A stretch of DNA of 63,678 bases. Origin: a virus. Lineage: Duplodnaviria; Caudoviricetes. This document shows positions 1-9,300 of the stretch, piece by piece; within the stretch, counting starts at the first letter, position 1; every line of letters starts with the position of its first letter. The position numbers and the translations under genes were made by a program. Under the pieces are notes generated by a model. The model was given only the letters and a program-made list of their open reading frames with translations, ran no database searches and was not told where the DNA came from. The DNA lies in the IMG/VR virus record IMGVR_UViG_3300017565_000005, positions 1 to 63,678 of that record; one strand, 5' to 3'.

Positions 1-123
1 CAAGACGTACCGGCAAATGAAGAACCGGCGCGAACTGGCGACTTATTTGGACAGCCTGACCGGGATGGCGATGCAGTCGATCGGCACAGCGATGAGCGAA
101 GTGACGATGCGGGCAGCAGCGAG
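1..123. repeat. Terminal direct repeat (assembly overlap), identical to 63556-63678
   Basis: CAAGACGTACCGG...GCAGCAGCGAG is identical at both ends; the frame-1 ORF reads through the junction. Confidence 0.97.
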
Positions 124-373
124 GCGGCCGCCGTTCGACGACGAGCGCACGGTGGTGCAGCAGGTGAACATGGCGCGCAAGACGGCCGAGGAAGTGGCGC
201 TGTCGCAGGCGATCGAGGAACTGCCGCTGGAAGTGTCCGAGGACGAAGCCGAGCAAAACGAGCCGATGAGCCTGTACGACCTGACGGGGGATTACTGGCG
301 CGAGAAAATGCAGAACGAGACGGTCGGCCCGTCAACGCGCCGCGCAACTACCGGATCCAGCCGGGAGAACTGA
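1..373 (+). CDS. Nested +1-frame gene, TnpV-like (3' part; starts at ATG 63500; 142 aa in total)
   Basis: Frame 2 has genome-typical codons while frame 1 becomes A/T-rich at the wobble position; sequence PKTYRQM...LATYLD...VNMARKTAEEVAL resembles the TnpV pattern. Confidence 0.65.
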   Translation, partial: KTYRQMKNRRELATYLDSLTGMAMQSIGTAMSEVTMRAAARRPPFDDERTVVQQVNMARKTAEEVALSQAIEELPLEVSEDEAEQNEPMSLYDLTGDYWREKMQNETVGPSTRRATTGSSREN

Positions 374-3300
374 CCCGCGAAGGCTCGTGGAAAGTCACGG
401 CCGAGCGCAACGTATCCATCGTCGAACTGGTCAAGCGGCTCGAATCCGAGAACCGCATGGCGACCCCGGAGGAAAAAGCGCTGATGACGCGCTTTACCGG
501 CTGGGGCGCGTCTGAAATCGCCAACGGCGTATTCCCCGATCAGCATGGGCGCTTCAAGCCCGGCTGGGAAGCGCTTGGCGAACGACTGAAAGCGGCGCTC
601 ACCGAGGAAGAATACGCGAACGCACAGCGCAGCACGCAGTACGCGCACTACACCAGCGAGGGCGTCATCCGCTCGATCTTCGCCGGCCTGGAGCGCTTCG
701 GCTTCAAGGGTGGGCAGATCGTTGAGCCGGGCATGGGGGTGGGGCTATTCGCCGGCCTGATGCCCGATGCCATCGCCGCTCACTCAACCTATACCGGCAT
801 CGAGTTCGACAACATCACCGGCGCGATCGCCAAGCACCTGTATCCGCAAAGCAACATCATCGTGGGCGATTTCACGCGCACGAACCTGCCGACCAATTAT
901 TTCGACGCTGCGATCGGCAATCCGCCGTTCTCGTCCACGGTCATTTCCAACGACCCGGAGTACAAGCGCCATCGCTTCATGCTCCATGACTACTTCTTTG
1001 CCAAAACGATCGATCGTGTGCGCCCTGGCGGCGTCGTGGTGTTCGTCACCAGCAAGGGAACGATGGACAAGGCGAGCGACAAGGCGCGCAAGTACCTTGC
1101 CGACCGCGCGAACCTGATCGGTGCCGTGCGGCTGCCGCAGACCGCATTCAAGGACAACGCCGGCACCGAAGTCGTCACCGATGTCCTGTTCCTGCAAAAA
1201 AAGGGCGAGGGCGTCGAAGACAATGGCGTGTCCTGGCTGGGGCTGAAAGAGGTCAACACCAAGGGCGGGGAGCCCACCCAAGTCAACGAATACTTCGCCG
1301 CGCATCCGGAAATGGTGCTGGGCGAACACTCGATGACCGGATCGATGTACCGGGCCAACGAGTATACGGTCGAGCCGCGCGCCGGCGAAGACATCGAGCA
1401 GGCTTTCGCCAAGGCCGTGCAGTCGCTGCCCGAGGGCATCTACAACCCCGAGCGCGGCACTAAGGCCGACAAGGCCAAGGTTATCGAGCGCGACTTTAAT
1501 CCAACGAACCGCAAGGAAGGCGGGCTGTACCTGTCCGAGGACGGCACGCTCATGCAGGTCGAGAATGGATCTGGCGTTCCCGTCACCAAGCGAAAGAGCG
1601 CGGACGGCAAGAAAACGATCGACCTGAGTGCCAAACAGATAGGATGGCTCAAGGATTACGTGGGCCTGCGCGATGCGCTGAAACAAGCCCAATACGATCA
1701 GTTGAATGACGGCGATTGGCAGGCGTCGCTCAAAGCGCTGAACGATGTCTACGACAAGTTCGTGAAGAAGCACGGCCAGATCCTGTCGCATACCATCATC
1801 GAGCGCGAGAACAAGGACGGCACCACGTCCGTTACCCAGCGGTTCAAGAACCAGCAACTATGGGAAATGGACGCCGAGGGCGCTTTGGTGTTCGGGATTG
1901 AGAGGACCAAGCCTGACGGAACGGTCACGAAGGGGCCGGTATTCTCCGAGCGCGTCCTGAAGCGCCCCACCGAGCCGGAAATCAAGACGACACAAGACGC
2001 GCTGATGGTTTCGCTCAATCGCTTGGGCCGGCTCGACATCGATGACGTGGCGAAACTCGCCGGACTGCCGCGCGATGAGGCCATCGACGCGCTGGGCACG
2101 GCGATCTACGAGGATCCGAGCGTCGGCTGGCAGATGGCCGACGAATATCTGTCTGGCAACGTGGTGCGCAAGCTTGAACAGGCCCGTACCGCCGCCGACC
2201 TGAACAAGAAGTATGCGCGCAACATCGACGCGCTGCTGGCCGTGCAGCCCCGGCCGCTGGGGCCGACCGACATCACGGTACGCCTTGGCGCGAATTGGGT
2301 GCCGGCGAGCGACATCGCCGACTTCGCCCAAGAAATCATGAACGAGCGCATCGATGTCACCTATCAGCCGATCACGGGCGAATGGACGGCCGTGGGGCAT
2401 GGAAGCGTGGCGGGGTCCGAATGGGCGGCCGGCAACATGTCACCTTCGGCGGTTCTGGATGCCGTGCTGAACAGCCGCCAGTTGAAGGTCACGTATCGGG
2501 ATGCTGACGGGAAGCCGCATACGGATCCTGTAGCGACCGAGCAGGCCAACGATGTCGCTCGCAAAATGAAAGAGGCGTTCAGCCGCTGGGTCTGGACCAA
2601 TCCGGAGCGCTCCGACAGGCTGACGCGATACTACAACGAGAATTTCAACAACATCGCGCCGCGCCAGTATGACGGCTCGCACCTGACGCTGCCCGGCGTT
2701 TCCCTGCGCTTTACCCTGCATCCGCACCAGAAACGTGCGGTCTGGCGCGGCATCCAAGACGGCGATGTTTACCTTGCGCATGCGGTGGGCGCGGGCAAGA
2801 CGATCGAAATGATCGCTTCCGGAATGGAGCAGCGCCGGCTGGGCCTGATATCCAAGCCCATCTACACGGTGCCGAACCACATGCTGGCGCAGTTTTCGAA
2901 TGAATTCCTCGAACTGTACCCGACCGCCTATATCATGGTGGCCGACGAGCAGAATTTCCATACCAGCAATCGACGCCGGTTCATCGCACAGGCATCGTTG
3001 AATAACCCGGACGCGATTGTCATCACGCATTCGGCTTTCGGCAGGATCGGCATGAGCGACGAATTCGCTGATGCCTTTGTGCGGCGTCAGATTGATGAAT
3101 GGCAGACCGCTCTTAAAGACGCGAGCGACCAGATCACCAAGAAGCAGATCCAGCGCCGCATCGAGGAACTTGAGCGCAGGCTTGAGGGCAAGCAGTCCAA
3201 GGAAAAGAAGGATCAGGTTCTGACCTTCGAGGAATTGGGTGCGGACTACATTTTCGTGGACGAAATGCACGAGTTTCGCAAACTCGACTTCGCCACGAAC

Positions 3301-6300
3301 CAGGGCAACATCAAGGGCATCGACCCGAATGGTTCCCAGCGCGCGCTCGACCTGTTCATGAAGGTCGAATACCTGCGCGGCAAGCGGCCGGGGCGCTCGA
3401 TCACCGGCGCGTCCGGCACGCCGATCACCAACACCATGGGCGAGCTATTCACGGTGCAGCGTTTCTTCCAGCCCGAGCAGCTGGTGGAAGACGGCCTGGA
3501 TACGTTCGACGCTTGGGCCGCGCAGTACGGCGACACGGTGACGGGCCTGGAGCAGGACGCCGCCGGCGGATACGTGCCTGTGACGCGCTTTGCCAAGTTC
3601 CAGAACGTTCCCGAACTGATGCGCCGCGTGCGCTCGTTCATGGACATCGTGACCAACACCAAGCTGGGCGAACTGGTTACTCGGCCGAACGTGAAGGGCG
3701 GATCGCGTCAGATCGTCGTCACGCCCATGCCCGCCGGATATAAAGAGTATCAGGCCCAGCTGGCTGCGCGCATCACAGCTATCAAGAACCGTAGGGGTAA
3801 ACCCCAAAAGGGCGACGACATCATCCTGACCGTCATCAATGACGGGCGGTTTTCCTCGATCGATCTGCGCTTTGTCGATCCGGCCTTGTTGCCGGACCCG
3901 GACAGCAAACTTAACCGGATGATCGACGACATGATCGATGCGTACCGGGCGACGGCCAACAATCAGTACAAGAGCGAGAGCGATGGATCGACCGACCCGA
4001 ACAAGGGATCGACCATTCTGGTGTTTTCCGACATCGGCCTGGGCGAGCAGGCGGCCAAGCGTCGCGGTTTCTCGATGCGAGAATGGATTGAAAAGCGCCT
4101 GACCGACGCTGGAATTCCGCGCGAACACATTGCCTTCATGCGCGACTACAAGCAGCACGCCAAGAAGGGCCGGCTGTTTGCGGACATGCGCGAAGGCAAG
4201 AAGCGCCTGCTGATCGGCGGCAAGGACATGGAAACCGGCGTGAACGTGCAGAAGCGCCTCACGCATATTTTCCACCTTGACGCGCCGTGGTTCCCATCTT
4301 CGGTTGAGCAGCGCGAAGGGCGCGGCGTGCGCCAGGGCAACCAGAACGGCGAAGTCGATATACGGTCCTACGCCACGAAGGGCAGCTACGATTCGACCAT
4401 GTGGGGCATGAATGCCCGCAAGGCCCGCTTCATCGAGCAGGCGATGAGCGGTGATGACAACATCCGCAGCATGGAGGACGTGAGCGAGGCGAGCGCCTTC
4501 GAATTGGCGGCCGCGCTGGCGTCCGGCGACGAGCGTTATCTGAAGCTGGCCGGGCTGCGTGGCGACGTGGAGCGCCTAGGCCGGCTTCGCCAAGCGCATC
4601 ACGACGGCCAGAACCGGATGCAGCGCGATCGCCATTGGGCGGAAAGCGAAATCGATCGCAAGACCAAGCTGGTCAAGCAGTACAAGGATGCGATCGCCAA
4701 GCGCGTTCCGATCCAGGCCGGGGAGTTCGAGGGCAAGATCGGCGGGAAGTCGTTCGACTCGCGCGACGAATTCGGCGTGGCCTTGTTTGATGCCTTCAAG
4801 AAGCTGGTTTCCGAGCAGAGCGAAGCGACGAAGGTGATCGGCCATATCGGCGGGTTCAACATCCGGTTCGACGGCACGCGCGCCGGCAGCGACTTCTTTG
4901 CTGACGTGCATGTTGACGTGCCGGGCGGCGATCCGATCCTGACGTTCCCCATCGAGGATGGCATGTCCGTCAAGGGGCTGGCGACCAAGGCCGCCAATCA
5001 GGTCAACGCGCTCGATCGTCGCCTGACGATGGCCGAGCAGGACATCGAGGCATCCAAGCGTAAGATCGAACAGATCGACGCCCGGTTCGGCGCTCCGTTC
5101 GCGGAAGAAGCCGAATTGATGGACAAGATTGCGCAGCTGAACGACCTTGAGACGGAATTGGCCGCCGAAAGCAAGGAAGCGGAAAGCCAGCAAGCGCCCG
5201 AGCAGCCGAAAACCGAGCCGCCCGGCGATGTCGCCTACAGCGTGCTGCCCGTAACTGAAACGCCGGCATTCAAGAAGTGGTTCGGTGATAGCAAGGTGGT
5301 GGACGCCGAGGGCAAGCCGATGGTTGTATACCACGGCACCCACGGCGACTTTTCTGCGTTCAGGGCTAGTCAGCGCGACAACACTGGAACCGAAAACGAG
5401 GAATTCTTCTTTACTGAATCGTCGAGCGTTGCGAGCGGATACGCATTAATGTCCACGCTTGGCGCTGACATCCGAGCGCTGGAAAATCAACTTGATGCCG
5501 TTCATGATGAAATGGACGCGGTAGAAGCTGCGCGGGAAGCCTATTGGGAAAACAAGAATTGGACTGACGAGCAACACGACCCGTGGGAATATCCCAAAGA
5601 CGATCCGGGTTATGAACCTGAGCCGGATTGGTCGATTAAGCAGGAATCCCTTCGGAAGCGAGAAGCCCGTATCGAGCGACAGATCGAACGGCTGGAAGGC
5701 AAGCGCGATACCACGCGCGGACAGATTCAGGGTGGCGAGAGCGTCTACCCCGTGTATCTGAGCATGCAAAATCCGCTTGTGGTGGATGCTGGGGCTAAGG
5801 GTCGAGGAACGGCCGACGAAATAGCTATCGGCCTTCACTCTCACTTGGTTGAGCAAGCGAAGAAGGATGGACGTGATGGCGTGATCGTGAAGAACGTCCA
5901 CGACTCTCCGGTCGAGACTGATCCGCACACGGTCTACATTGTTTTCCGCCCCGAGCAGATCAAAAGCGCGACCGGCAACCGTGGCACGTTCGACTCGTCC
6001 AATCCTGACATCACATACAGCGTAAAAGCCGATGGCGAAGTTATCAGCGCATCGGCGCGCGGCACGCAGCTTCTGCAAGACCAGACGCCGATGAGCATTC
6101 GCAGCACGCCGGCGCTGCGTGATATGAAAGTGCCGGCCCTGCGAGACCTGATGTTTGCGGATCTGCGCGAGGCGAACGGGCTTTCGCACCCGGACGTAGG
6201 CGACATTTCGATCGGCCGGCGCGGCTGGTCCAAGAGTCGCGCCAATGCCTCGGACCCCGCAAAGCTTCTTATCATCCCGTCGCTTCCGGAAATTATCCGT

Positions 6301-9300
6301 TCCGGGGCTTATCTCGGATCGACCCCGGCGCAGGGCAAGTCGGCGGATATCGTCGGCTACCACTACATCGCTCGCCGCCTGAATGTGGACGGCGTGCCGG
6401 TCATTGCGCTGGTGACGATCGAGGAAAACAGCGCCGGCACACTCAGCTACTACAATCATACGGTCCTGAGCGACAATTTCGCCGCCAAGAGCGACGGCCC
6501 GGCCGATGGCCTGCTTGCCTCGTACCGCCGGCCGATGTTCGCGCCAGACGGGCGCATGACGCGCGGCCAGACCTTGACGGCGGCGCACGCAAGCGTGCGT
6601 GACGCTTTGCGGGCCGGCCCGCTCGGGGCGCTGATCGACAGGCTGATATCCGGCGGGCACATCGTTGTGCATCAAAGCCAGTTGACGCTTCCCGCGTCCA
6701 TGCGTGGCAAATCGGCCCTACAGGGCTTCACCGATAAAGGCATCGTGAACGTCGCGGCCGAAAACCTGACTCCGCAGACGGCCATGCCGGTCCTGCTGCA
6801 CGAGGCCATGCACGCCAAGGGCGAGCAGCTTGTCGGCACGAAGAAGTGGAACGCTTTGAACAAGCGCCTTGAACGCCTGTACAAGGCTGCGCAGGTGCGC
6901 AAGGCCGAGGGCCGCGTTCGCGACGGCGACTATTGGGACGGCGCGCTGCGCCGCGTCAACGCCGCCAAGGACCAGGGCGCGATCAGCCCGGCGCGCGAGG
7001 TCGAGGAATTCGGCACGTACGCGATCGAGAATTACGAACTTGCGCCGTCCGGCATCAAGAAGTGGGTCGACGACTTCATCGGCATGGTCAAGGACTGGCT
7101 GTATCGCCGCTTCGGCATCCAGGCGGGCGAGGTCACGCCGGCGCAGCTGCGCGCCATGGCTATCGCTGCGCTGCGTTCCATGGACGGCACGGCCCCGCAG
7201 TTTTCCAGGGCCATGGGCGGGATGGCGATGAACGACGGAGCGATGAGCGCCGAGGATCGGTATTTCGTCAACGAAGTCCTGTCCGAACTGGCCGCGAACG
7301 ACGAGTTTTTCCGTCATCCACGTTCGACCGGCTACACGCTCGATCGCGTGACCGATGATATGGGGACCGGCCTGACCTATATCGGGGCCGAGCCGATTCT
7401 TGAGAGCGACCAGAACGACTACAACGGGGCCGAGCGCCAGCACCGGCTGCGCACGGCGGCGGGCAACCCCGTGCGCGTGTTCGAGGACAAGAATAGGGTT
7501 TGGCTCGACGTGAGCCGGCTTGACCCTGGCGAGGGCGGGTCTGCCGTGTACGCGGCGATCGCCAATTATGCCTACAACACTGGCAAAACCTTCATCGGCG
7601 ACCCTGACGGGCTATCGGACGAAGCGCTGTACCGGCGCACCGAGGCCATGCTGAATTCGGCGCTGAAATTCGGCACCACGCGCCATCTTGAGCCGCATCC
7701 GTATCAACTTGAGGGCAATGCGGAGCTTGGCGTCGCGCCCCTGAAGTGGCAAAATGGGGAAGATGCCGAAAACGTTCGGTCGATGATCGACGTTGTAACC
7801 CAATTCGTAGACAGCCATGTCCCTGACGCACGCGATGCCACTTTCGACTTCCAGAGCCGAACCTTCCGAACTGGTGAAGGCGAGCCCGTCACTGATGGCG
7901 TGCTTAGAGGGTGGGTGGCCCCTGAAAAAGGTGGAACATTTGGCATTGGCGGCTCTAGTCTTAAAAGAAGCCTGCTGTACAAATCCCTTCTACGCAGCGC
8001 GAGCAGCGAAAGACCCGGATTACTGGAACGAGTTTTCCGTACACATGCCGAACTGGTTGCCGCAGGGGCACCCCTCAATCAGATCAGCTATAGCGTCTCT
8101 GAACGCGAAGAAGCCCTAGACGAGGCTTCTGCTGCCCTGGCCGCCGCCGACGAGCCGGTCGGGCCTGCGCTTACTGACAACTTGGGATCTGCGATCCGCG
8201 ATTTCTACGGCCTGCGCGGTCTGTGGCATCGCTTCATCACGCACCCCTACACGATCGCGGTGCTATTTCCCGAATTCACGCCCGTGTTCAACGCCTTCGA
8301 GGCGCAGAACCGGCAGCGCAACCTGATCATGGAGGATCTGTACCGGGATTTTGCCGACTATCAGGCGCTGTCTGGCGACGAGAAAGAGGGCGTCAACAAG
8401 GTGCTCGAATTGGGCCGGCTCACGTCGAACGTCTATTCGGACGCCGAATTGAAGGCCGGAATCGAAAATCCTGGCTATCGCAACGCCGTGCGCATCGATG
8501 AGGAAGGCAAGGCGCATCGCGTGCGCCAGGACATCAAGACCGGCCTGACGAAAGCTGGCGACAAGATCAACCTGAACCAGAAACAGATCCAGGCGTACAA
8601 GTCGGTGCGCAAGATGTTCGACCGCGCGCTGCAAATGTTCCGCGATCAGATGTTGCAAGAATTCGGCCTTGGCCGGTACGCCGGTCAGCCGAAAGCGGCC
8701 GAGGCCATGATGAAACAGGCCGCCGGCCTGCCCAAGACGAGCGGCGAGCGCGCGCGGCTGGAAGAAATGGCGCAGTTTGTGGCCGACATCGAACAGGCTT
8801 CGCGCACTGGCTACGTCCCGTTCACCCGGTATGGCGACTTCTTCATCGCGGTTAAGGAGAGGCAGGCTGACATCCAGTACAAGCGCGATGGCGACGATTA
8901 TCTCGCCACGGAAGTGCCGCAGGCGCTGGTCGAGTACTTGGATAGCATCGGTGCGAACTACGACAACGAGGCCGACGCATGGCGTCTGACCGAGGACCAG
9001 CGCAAGTCTCTGGAGAAAGAGAACGAAATCGCCATCTACAGCGAGAAAGTGGAAACCGGCATCAAGGACATCTTTGGCCGAAACTCCGTGCGCCGCGTGA
9101 AGAATGAGAAGCGCCCGGTCCACAACATCCCGTCCGTGAAAAAGGCGTTCAAGCGCATCACAGCCGAATACATCGACGGGCACCCCGGCCGGCGATTGGT
9201 GTCTGGCGAGGTCAGCAAGCAGCGCGTCGAAGGCGACATCGACATGCAGGGCCTGGATGCTCTGGCCGAACTTGCCTCGATCGAAAAGGAGGTATGGGGC

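Noticed and set aside
1-123. 123-bp terminal repeat as a biological direct terminal repeat
   Set aside because: It falls mid-gene and far from the terminase genes; best explained as assembler overlap of a circular or permuted genome
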